Shown one piece after another: positions 37,801-49,800 of a DNA stretch of 64,000 nt. Origin of the DNA: Phoronis australis (taxonomy: Eukaryota > Animalia > Phoronida); NCBI GenBank assembly GCA_002633005.1, contig NMRA01000024.1:62001-126000 (forward strand). The letters are read 5' to 3'. A program made the position numbers and the translations under genes. The notes below the pieces were generated by a model, which saw nothing but the letters and a program-made list of their open reading frames with translations, ran no database searches and was not told the DNA's origin. Numbering within the stretch: position 1 is the stretch's first letter; every line of letters starts with the position of its first letter.

Positions 37801-40800
37801 CAATGCTCTGGGTAAATAATTTCATGTAATTCATAACAAAAGCTACATGTGAGCCGCACTCAAAAGATGGGTTCTTATGACTCAAATCTATTACATTGAG
37901 GCCTTCCGTTAACTGATCATCACTTTTCAAGCTTGGCACCAAGATTGCACGTACGCCATCACACAAGCACAAAAGACAATTCACAGTCATACAGTGAACA
38001 TTGAAGGAAAGTTTATAGTTTATGAAACAAGTTCTCATAATAATAATAATCCTAAAAACAAAAATAGTATTTGAGAAATGGGCTAAACAACGGGCTGATA
38101 CAGGAATGCTAAGGCCCAACTCTTCTACATTTCTACGAATAAAACTGAACACAAGGGGGCATGGCACTACGCACCGTATTGTTACAAAATCCTTGTAGAC
38201 AGGGTTTGCCATCAGGCAGGAAATGGGTGCGTGGCGGGTTGCCGGATAAATATGGCTTGCATGGTTTACCGACAGCATCTCGGCAGCAGTACAGACACGA
38301 TAGTGTCACTGTGATAGGAGAAAAGAAATGGAGTAATTAGGCAAAATACGTAAAACTGAATCAGAAATCAATACAGTTCCTTAAGGATGATAAACCAAGG
38401 GAATTCTTAAAAAATTGGAACACACACAGAGTCTATTTTAATATGATATAATGCATTATGACAGAGAAAATAATGTCCATAGTCTTCTTATGATGGTCAA
38501 TTTAAACAAGAGCAACGCAGAGCGTTGAAATGCGCCCACAATTGCACCGCATACGGTATCCTTCTAGGGTTGTTTATTGGTACCATAAAGTGGCCAGTAG
38601 AGGGCAGTAGTATGTTGTACTTTGCAAAATGGAAAGGCATGGTCATTGTCTCCTCAATAGGCTAGGGGCAAAATGTGAGTAATCTTCATAATACAAGCAC
38701 ATCCTATACACCAGTTGCTTAAAGCACCACAGAAAGAATTAAAAACAAATTTACCAACATACGAGCACAGCATTAGAATGCCAGAAACAAATTTCTACTT
38801 GGAACTTTTCCTTCATAGTCACGAAGTAACACAAAGTATACACCTGAAGACCTATGAAAATACAGAGGTCAATGTAAAATACCAAAATTGCCACTAGAGG
38901 CAAATACTAAAATTGCCACTAGAGACATACCGGTAGTCAGAATCATCCTAAAGTCGTCATCGTCCGTTGTCAACATCACATAAATACACTTGCTAAATTT
39001 AGTAAAGATCCTGCAAACGGTTTGGGAGATACAGCCATGGGTGCAAAAAAACAAAACTGCCACTAGGAGGCGCCACAGAAGTCCAAATCGTCTGAAAATC
39101 ATTGTCAGCTGTCTTCCATATAGTAAGCACATACACACCAATTTTCACAATCATCCTTTGAGCGGTTTGGTTGATAGAGGAGTGGACNNNNNNNNNNNNN
39201 NNNNNNNNNNNNNNNNNNNNNNNNNNNNNNNNNNNNNNNNNNNNNNNNNNNNNNNNNNNNNNNNNNNNNNNNNNNNNNNNNNNNNNNNNNNNNNNNNNNN
39301 NNNNNNNNNNNNNNNNNNNNNNNNNNNNNNNNNNNNNNNNNNNNNNNNNNNNNNNNNNNNNNNNNNNNNNNNNNNNNNNNNNNNNNNNNNNNNNNNNNNN
39401 NNNNNNNNNNNNNNNNNNNNNNNNNNNNNNNNNNNNNNNNNNNNNNNNNNNNNNNNNNNNNNNNNNNNNNNNNNNNNNNNNNNNNNNNNNNNNNNNNNNN
39501 NNNNNNNNNNNNNNNNNNNNNNNNNNNNNNNNNNNNNNNNNNNNNNNNNNNNNNNNNNNNNNNNNNNNNNNNNNNNNNNNNNNNNNNNNNNNNNNNNNNN
39601 NNNNNNNNNNNNNNNNNNNNNNNNNNNNNNNNNNNNNNNNNNNNNNNNNNNNNNNNNNNNNNNNNNNNNNNNNNNNNNNNNNNNNNNNNNNNNNNNNNNN
39701 NNNNNNNNNNNNNNNNNNNNNNNNNNNNNNNNNNNNNNNNNNNTTGGTCATGGAAATTTCTCAACAATACATTACCATTTTAGAGAAAATATACAGATTG
39801 AAATGTGTTTGCAAGCCTGTAGCAAATGGAATATCCTCGAAATCTTTCGAGACCTCAAGGAGGTTACAAACAAGGAGATACTTTCACTCATTAAACTGAA
39901 ATCTTGCAGTATGCAGATGACAGTTTGATGATTCTGGATGGGTCAAAATACTCAATTAGATGCATTTTAAAAACAATGCAAAATTTTAAGGTCTTAAACC
40001 AAACATCAAAAAAAACCCCAAAAAACTCAGTGTGTATGGATTTCATTTGGTTCCAGGAACCATTCGTGAGATCACTTTAGGATTGGAGTTAAATAAGAAG
40101 AGACACATCTACTGAACTGGGTAGACCTAGAAAGTAGTCAAAAGTACATTGAATAAAGAAAGGAAATGAAAGCGTAATTGTATGGCCACTTGGGATGGTC
40201 ACAGTAATTGTGAACAATATTACCAACCTTACCCATTTGTTGATCACACTCCCATCTCTATCCCAAGCTAACATTAGAAATTTTAAAAACCTTTTTTAAA
40301 TTTATTTGGGTCAAAAATGATAGAATAGCTAGAAAAGTTACGATCCAGGATTATGGCAATGGAGGACGTAGAATGGTCCACTTGACTTCTTACATAAAAG
40401 CACTGAAACTTACATGGATCCATAGAAAAGTAAATGCGAAACATATCTGCGGTCTAATAAGCATTTCGGAAAAAACTCAGAAATATTTTACTAATATTAC
40501 GCAACTGCACAAGACAGTTTAATTCTTCATCTTTAGTACAACAATGGCAACCACTATGCACCACAAATACAACAATGGCCACCACCATGTACCACAAATA
40601 CAACAATGGCCACCACTATGCACCACAAATACAACAATGGCCACCACTATGCACCACAAATACAACAATGGCCACCACTATGTACCACAAATACAACAAT
40701 GGCCACCACTATGCACCACATGTGGCAATTGCGGAGGAGTCTCACCGTTATCACATATACATGGCATCTTGTTGTGTTTTTCACAGAACGGCCTACACAC

Positions 40801-43800
40801 GCCTCCACGACACTCGCCCCTGTAATGGAAATTGACACATTTGCAACGTATTGTACACTCAAACTTTTAACAAATAATCAATCAAAATGAACTTGAAAAA
40901 CTATTCCTCAGAAATAAAATGTGCAAGTTTGCAACTGGTACGAGTCCGCCTTTTTAAACCACTTATCTTAACAAGAATGGCCTTATACTGTTAATCTATC
41001 CTACTAGGGGAGAACTCTGATAACTCAGTATTGCTTGAGACCAGGATAAAAAAGTTGGCCTGCGCTCGCGTTTTTTATAAATAAATGAAGTATGGTCCCA
41101 AGCGATAGGCAGATTTAGGGAGGGCAGGGCCCCCCATGGAAATAAGGAAAAATACCATCACGATGACATTTTCATTCACTAACCAGTTTCCCCTTAGAGT
41201 TAGACCCCTCCCTACGGAAATGACAAAAAAAAAAACATCATGATGACGTTTTTAATCATTACCCGGAGTTTTCTTTCAAAAATTTCGATTGAGTTCCCCC
41301 TTACGACATTCTAGATCTGCCAGTGCAAGCAAAAAAGAGCTGTCAGTTCTTTTGAAAACCGACAAATCAGAATGCAAGTTCACAACACCATTAAACTGAC
41401 GTAAAAAGTTATTATAGATCTAAAAAATTCAGCGGCTGTGCAACTTAACTCACAATCTTAACACCTTTGGCAAGTGTTGCCGGAACCGAGTTCTATAAAC
41501 GAGTCATCTAAAATCCAAATTAATCCAATTTTTGGTAGCTGTACATTGAAACAAATGAATGTTGATCAGTTGATCTGGCTACAAGAAACCCCCAACGTCA
41601 CATTCCTGCATTCTCTAACAATAACCAAGCATAAGATTTTTCAAGGGAACCCTGATTAAATTTGAATTTTATCTCTCTCATTTGCCAAACTCGGGGCCAG
41701 TAACTTTAACGGATTACTGCCTCTTCATGCACAACAACTGGTCAAAGCAAATACAAATTTGAATGATGTTAAATAAAAACAAAAAAAAACAAGTGCCTAA
41801 CTCACTCTTCAAAACACGCAGAGCCATCTGACTTCGGTTTCGGTGTTGGGCAATCAGGACCATCTCCACTGATGTGTAGTTAAGGAATTGAAAGCCTGAT
41901 CACTTCATGACTATCATTCTTATTGCATGAAACACGTCACCAGGGGTCTGTTGCATGAAAAGTGACTCAAAGAACTCAGGCAGAAATTTGGTCTGATGCT
42001 CCACATAACCATTTCAGAAGCTGTGAATTGCACACAGTTGCAGTTCTCTTGGCTCAGTGCAGCTGAAGAGCTTCGAGCTCCGCTGGCGGTTTCCAGTGGA
42101 AGTGAGCCAAGTGCATAGCTCACGAAAACGCACGAAAATGTGACTGAATGAACCAGCCAGAAGTTCATTCAATTGTCAATGTCTTAACAAGAGTTTTGTG
42201 CTCAGCTAACGTCACTAGATACAGACAGCTGAGCACCTAACTGTTTGTGTTGCGCTTAAGTGGCAATGACATGCCACAATGGATAATGGTTGTGATCGGA
42301 ACTTAGGGACTTCAGGGACTACAAACTGGACATGCTATGGTCACTGATTTGAGTTGACTGGTCCATCAAAGAAGTGAAAAAGTGAAAACAAACATCTCGA
42401 TTTGTTAGGCCACTTTTATCTAAATACCATTAGCTTAGTAATGTGTATGAGTGAAAAATTGGATGTCATCCGCTGAACAAAGACTTTCGGCTTGCTCAGG
42501 CATTTCGACCGCCTCGAGAATACGAGCTGGCTGCTCAGGATAGTCTACCACAACGAAATTGCTTTAAGCGCAAAACCTCCTGTGTATGTGCACTATCTAG
42601 AAACTAGTTTGGTAACTCATGGCACCACAAAGGATACGAGCAGGTGGAGTTGCCCTCACAGGCTAGATCATCCTCCATGGCCAAGTAGCAGATCTCTGTG
42701 GCCGGGGCAAACTGGCACTCATGACAACACCTGTGATTGACATCACTGAAACAAGAGTACAAAACATGTGAACAAATAAATATTAAGGCAACAGAAAACC
42801 TTTGATTCATCAAATAGCTTTTCGATTGTCGATTTTTAAACCAAGAAAGATTTTTTCTGAATGTTCAACTGTCTGAAAGATCTTAATTGATGCTTAAAAC
42901 ATTAAACAATTGTCGTTTCTAATCATGTGACCATCATTTTTTCTGTCTCAGTTTACAGATGCTTTACAGCAGGGTCTGACCACGGCTGTGTACACTCACA
43001 CACTAACAGCAGACTTTCAACATACAGATCGACTTACAACAGGCACTAACTATGGCCGTGTAAACTCACATACAAACTAATAATACAATTGCAGGCAGTC
43101 TTGTCAGTTCACGTTGAACCAGTAGTGCATGTGGCCCCATTGCACTGATCACCTGGAACCATATTTATGCTTTATCAATATTTAGTTAAAACCGAGCTGA
43201 GCAGCTGGAAACCCGACTCAAGGGTTTAGCAGGGTGGCCCAGTGGGACTTGGAACGCACGACCTCAAGTAAAGAAAGCGGATACCTATCACACTAGGCCA
43301 CACTGTCTCCTGTCGCCTACTAACAGCACACTGTTACAATGTACACGCCATCTTACATCAGGGTCTGACCACGGCTGTGTACACTCACCTACAAACAGCA
43401 GACTGCCTCAGTGTACAGTCTGATGTACAACATTTATCTGTGTTGGTCTGTCCTTCCAATCCACCGTCACATTCCTCCCCGGCCTCAATTTTGGCGTTCC
43501 CACAGTATGCCGTCTCGGGAGAAGCTTCTATTAATCAAAAACAATTATACAAATGAAATATCACAGGGAACAAACAAGTTTCAGATATGAAATGAACATC
43601 GAGACCAAACCAACTTTTGGAGATGATATGCCAACAGTGTGTTCCGTAAAAATAGCGACAATAGTAAAAAGTTTCTTTTAAGATGTATGTGCACGCTCCT
43701 ACGTAATGTACAACATGATGCAAACAGTAACAGGGTTTCAATCTAGTGACGTAACTTGCTGGCTCACATGGCCCGCATCATACAGTGCTATTTCCCAGCA

Positions 43801-46800
43801 CCATGTCATGGTACTTACTAGTTACAGTTGAGTGATTTGCAGCAGACTGTTTTCGCCACAAAACTTCTGCTTAAAAAGATTTAGCAACTTTCAGGCCACT
43901 ACATATTCACATCGTCGCTATATGTTTTGTTTCTAAGTCATTTGACCAAATAATCACCCACATGTTAAGTAGATAGCCTGCAAATCCCACTTCAAATTTA
44001 CCATCTTGTCTAATCAAAATAACACTAAGCGAATACTTTTTTCATCTGAAAGGAAACCTTGCTGTCTTTCCATTATTTCCAATCTCACTTCAAATTTACC
44101 TTCTTGTCTACTCAAAATAACACTAAGCACATAATTTTCAACTTTTACACTTGATTGTAAATAATGGAAAGACAGCAAGGTTTACTTTCTGATGAAAAAC
44201 TTCAGAAGGTGAACAAGTGTCGACTGATGACACGGTACCAATGACCTCTGCTGCCACCTGGCAGCATTAGGAGGAACTTCTAATGAAAAGAACCAGTAAC
44301 AGTGTATTGAGGCTCATTTCAGATGCTGTGAACCAAAGTGAAGAAGCCACCTCAACCAGTCTTCATTTTATCCTGAATCTCTCACATTACTCAAACAAAA
44401 TAAGTAGCACAGTATAATTATAAATTCCAAATGACATTTTGTACCAAAAACACAAGTCAAATGCTTTTAACAGAAATGTGTTCAGAGACAAAATAAGCCA
44501 ATTAATTTTGAACATTTGAGATATAAGTATTGTAAATAAACATAAAAGATAAAACAGTCTGATTTAACATATTCAAAAAATCAAAGTTAACAAATTTGAA
44601 AAATAATTTTGCATATCCTAACCTTTGAAGCATTTGGATGACTTTGCCTTCAACACTTGAGCAATGGACCTCCGGCTGCACTTCGAAAATATCTGTTAAA
44701 ATAGAACATTTTCCTTTCAACCATTTGATGACAGTTCAGAAAATACTTCATATACGACAAAGGTGCGAGCAATCACAGCGCTTTGTAGCGAGACGTGTAA
44801 ATAGTCCTTGAGAAAGGCAGACCACCATGCTAATGTAACTGATATAATCATCATTACCATCACCATCATCACCATCATCACTATATCTAGTGTTTTATGA
44901 AGCCCGCCAACCAGTGTGCACTATGTTGTAAAGATATTCCTATTGTGAATCATCACCATCACTATATCTAGTGTTCTATGAAGCCTGCCAACCAGTGTGC
45001 ACTATGTTGTAGCCATAATTGTGAATCATCAAAACAGCACTTCACCCTGTTAAGCTGGCTAAAAAATTAATGAAAATTGAATTCAAACTTTCACTCTCAC
45101 AAAATTGGCGTTATTGTGATAAGATTTCATTTGAATGCGTTAACGAGGTCAGTCAAATCCCACGTGTCATTTTTGAATTCACAAATTTAGGGCTGGTTAA
45201 CCTTAAAAAAGTCTGAAGCATTTGCTATCTTTGATGGTTTCAATGTTCTTGTTGGACAAGAATATAAATCGGTAAATAAAACAACAAGAATGGATCAACT
45301 GAAATTTGAAATTTTCGGATGTAACAACTTCCTTTATCAACAAAAACAGAAATAAAGTAAAATCAAACACAAAATGACAATCACAAACACAAATAAAGTA
45401 AAATCAAACACAAAATGACAATCACATTTTGTGTTTGATTTTACTTTATTTCTGTTTTTGTTGATAAAGGAAGTTGTTACATCCGAAAATTTCAAATTTC
45501 AGTTGATCCATTCTTGTTGTTTTATATACCTATTTATATTCTACATTTCTTGAAACAATAGTATCCTTGGGAGGATCTGGATCGCCTTATTTAGTTTCAG
45601 ATATATATTTTCTATGTTGGACAAGAAAATACAACCCAATGCCGCAAAGGGATATGACACAACCAATTTCATGTCAGAGAGGAAAAGGACTAAATTAAAA
45701 TTTGATTTTCGTTTTAGAGTCAACTAAACCATGTGAAATACAGCTTTGAAGAATTATGTGGGGCACCTGATTCCAACAGAGGTCAGCACTTACCTTATTG
45801 TTAGTTTCGTAGCCAGACACAGAGTATGTATACATGATGAACTTTCCTCCTTTGAAGGACGAGGGCGAACACTCGTCTGTGTCAGGGTCATGTTCACTGC
45901 CCCAGTTGTGACCTGCGTTATGAAGAACGATGAATTACACCACGGTGTGTGTAATGGGCACGAAACAGTACACGATTATGACCTGTGTACTGGAAAGGAG
46001 AAACTGCACAATGCTCTGTCTACACATATTGTTTTTTCTTATTCGTCTTTCGGATCATTGACTAGACCCTTGATTGTCGCACACGGCTTTGGTATGGCTT
46101 TTGGATTGCCTGTCTACACACCTCTAGTAATCATATGCAAAAAACTGGGGTTGTACAGTCAGGGCTCATTGGAAGCATAAAAATTGCATTTGAGCCGTGT
46201 GCAAGAAAAATGAAGAAATTGCACAATGGCCTGTGTAAGGATAAAGCTGTTAGTAATGGAAATGTAGAAATTACACATTGGCTTGCCTCATTGAAACATC
46301 AAATGACTCGTTATATATATGACCTGCATAAAGTTAATGGAGAAATTTCGCAGTGGACAGTGCTATTGACACAGTATGATAAAGTATTGACCTGTGTATT
46401 GGAAACCTGGAAACTAAATAATGAACAGTATATCTAAAGCATGTGAGTTATGTAGTTATGGACTTAAAACTTTCAAACTTAGAAAAACTAAGAACAAGAC
46501 TCACCAAATTCTGATGTCCGCAAAACATGAAATGAAAACAAAATAAACATTAGTTTTGGTGATGCAAACACAAATGACAATGATCCTCATCCTGAGACAG
46601 TACTGAACATCCTCAAACATGATTAATTATTTTGAGTTATTAGCAAAAACAACTCGGTATTGAAAACTTGAAAATAATCTTCCTCAGAGGCACACTAGCT
46701 CTAGTTTTCCAACTAAAGCATTTTTTTCTTTTGCTGGCTTGAATGGAAACTGGTTAAAATAAATGGCCTGGAATTCCCCCGATGGCCATATTTCTTTGGT

Positions 46801-49800
46801 ATCCAAAACTAAACCGCCGAGTCAAGGCACTTAATGGGCGTGGTCTGAAATAACAATGACCCATCAGTTCTTCCTCAGACTAAAAGCCATTTCTTACCTG
46901 AGTAACAAGCAAGACAAGACTTGGTAAGGAGACCGAAATAAAAAGTTGGTTTTTGACACAATGTGAAAGTTGACTGTAATTTTCAAACGTAAGAGACAGA
47001 ATATTTGGACATAAGATGTAAACGCATAGAGTATAAAACTACAATGCTTTCACAGGGAAATTGCCTCTCTCAGAAACTAAAAAACGTGACAAATTCCAAC
47101 ATTTCACCAAAAGAACTGACCACGCTTGGTCAATCTTAGTGATACATCATCAATATTTTCTCCCAGCTGGAATTTCCTTGTTCTCTTACTGACTATTGCG
47201 TGATTAAGCTTGAAAAAGCTATTGACGATAATCGCAAATCAGGGCAGTCAAGAAATCTTAAAAAGCTTGTTGGGCCAGCAACTTTGATCAACATTGAAAT
47301 CCATGCTTGAAAAATGTTGCTTCTTGGAAACCATTGTTGCATAAGCTTGGATAAAATTTTTGGTCCATAAAAATTCAAAATGACTGTCTTTAGTGAATTA
47401 TATCATTTAGCAAAACTTGTTTTATTACAGTATGGTTACCAAACTAAACATAACCATGTCTCTGGGTATACTAAATTACTCTAAAATAAAGACGTCGACC
47501 ACATTGCTAAGCAAATTATACGAGCTTAGAGTAGAATTTGAAGTAATGTAGACACAAAATGCTTGAAGAAGTATTGCCAAGCTTAAATAATGTTGGCTGA
47601 ACTTGAACAATATTGTCCAAGCTTGAATATTGGATAAGCTTGAATACTGTCCAAGCTGAAAAAATATTGGCAGAGTTGGAATAATATTGGCCGAACTTTA
47701 ATAATATTATCAGTCTGAGCTTAAATAATATTGGCCAAGCTTGAATGTTGGCTGAGCTTGAGTAATATTGACTGAGCTTGAATATTGACCACGCTTGAAT
47801 AATATTGGCTGAGCTTGAATAAAATTGTCCAAGCTTGGATAGTGACTGAGCTTGAATAACATTGGCCAAGGTTGAAAAATATTGGCCAAGCTTGAATAAC
47901 ATTGGCCGAGCTTGAATAGTATTGGCTTGATTGAAGTTACCAGTGAGGATAATTCTACTTCCATGAATTTAGTGTCATACCACAAAAGAGTGTAGTAACT
48001 CAAATACTATACCATGGGTTGTGACAAGATCTGCCTCAGACGTCAGAATGCGTCTCTTAGCTCGATTCAATGAGCTACTCCAGCCAGTGTTCAAATACAT
48101 GGGCGTGGAACCCTGGTAGTAAACTAAATAACAAAATGAACTCTCATTAGGGGCATGGTCTAAATCAAAACAACCAATTTAATATTAAAAAATGCATTTG
48201 CAAGATGCTACGAAATTCTTCAATTTCAGACAAAAATAATTATTTATATTGCCATTTCCCCATCCTTCAAACGCATATCACATGGCTGCGATGGTGCAAA
48301 TATCAATAAACAATGATAGCTGTCAAGTACAAACCATTTTTACAATGATGGAGACCATTTTAATTTTCTTCATAAATCTGATAAATCAAAATTCAACTTT
48401 CCTGTCACATAGCGTCCAAAATTAAAGAATTCTTACCCAGTAAATACTGAGATCATACTCTAAAAACAAATTATGCTTAGTTTACATGCTTCACGTTAAA
48501 TGTGAACAAATCGTGCGTTGTTTAAAAACTCTATGACACATGTTAAGTAACCATTCCCATAATGCAATTCTAAACAACCCATAATGCATTTCTAAACAAT
48601 AAGAAAAAGCAGCATGCAACGTGCAGTTAACACAACAACAACAGGCAACACAATCATTAGTACGCTTTGAAAATGAAACCATCGTCAAATGAACATCAGT
48701 TTAAGCTCTAGAGCTGCCACATTCTAGAGCCAAGCTAAGAGGAATGTTGACCGCACAGTTCATAAGAAGAGCTTTCACAAATGGCAAGCGAACAGGTAAG
48801 CTTGGTGAGGCTATTGCTTAACTGTTCTTTCACAAGACTGAATATTACTTTGAATGAGGGCAAAGAAATGCACTAGGCACACGCATTCCTCAACTTCAAA
48901 AAGAGACACCTAGTGGAAATTTCTGTGTATCACATTGAGTGAACGATTTGTTAGTGACGCTCATAAGCGTAGCCTCTAACCCAAGACACCTGAAGACGGT
49001 GCCAACATGGCCTGGTGAGGGAAAGATGCTGTAAGTATGAGATATTTGCATCATGCCTTCGCGAGGCCAATATCGTGTAGATTATGGTCGCACACAATTG
49101 CTAATTGCTGAGCATTCGCAGACAGATGTCTGCTTGCTCAGCACAAAGCACTAGTGTACAACACTTAATTCACGCCTCAGCAAATCAACATCAACAATAT
49201 GTTAGCAGGAATTGTAGATTTTCAATATCAAACTCAAGTCAACTATGGAATCTTCAAGTTTGTACCTTTCCCTCTCTATTGACAAATCACAATTCAAAAT
49301 GTTTATTTCCAAAAAAACAGAGGGGACTTAGTTATCTCGTATCATATTTCAGCAAATTTGGAACCTATTAACTGGTACAAGAGGCACACCGCTGTGAAAA
49401 TTGGTCGCAGTGACATGACTTATTCCACATAAAAATGAAGAGGTACAAAACTGAAAATTTCAAGCAAATGTAAAAAGTAAACTATGCATTTCACATAGCA
49501 AAAGAAATCAAAATTTTTTGAACTAAACAAATAAATTTAATACTTAACATTGCGGCTCAATGTTTAACAGGCTTCAGTAGTAGAAAAGTCTGTTATTGAA
49601 AATATAACTTATTTAATGAACTTCATCACTTATGCTCTTTGAACAACAAAATGTATTTCCAAAGTTTATAATAAAAATAACAATCAAATGATACAGGTGG
49701 GTGAACATTAGTTATTTTTCAGCCATAGCTTTTCAACGACATTATTAGGGACATCAGCAAAACTTTTAGTATAAACGAAACTCAAGGTAAGCATAGTTCC

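Noticed and set aside
47516-48003. Repetitive, LRR-looking ORFs ([14 protein letters not shown]..)
   Set aside because: Translation of a 22-bp tandem array inside an ADAM17 intron.
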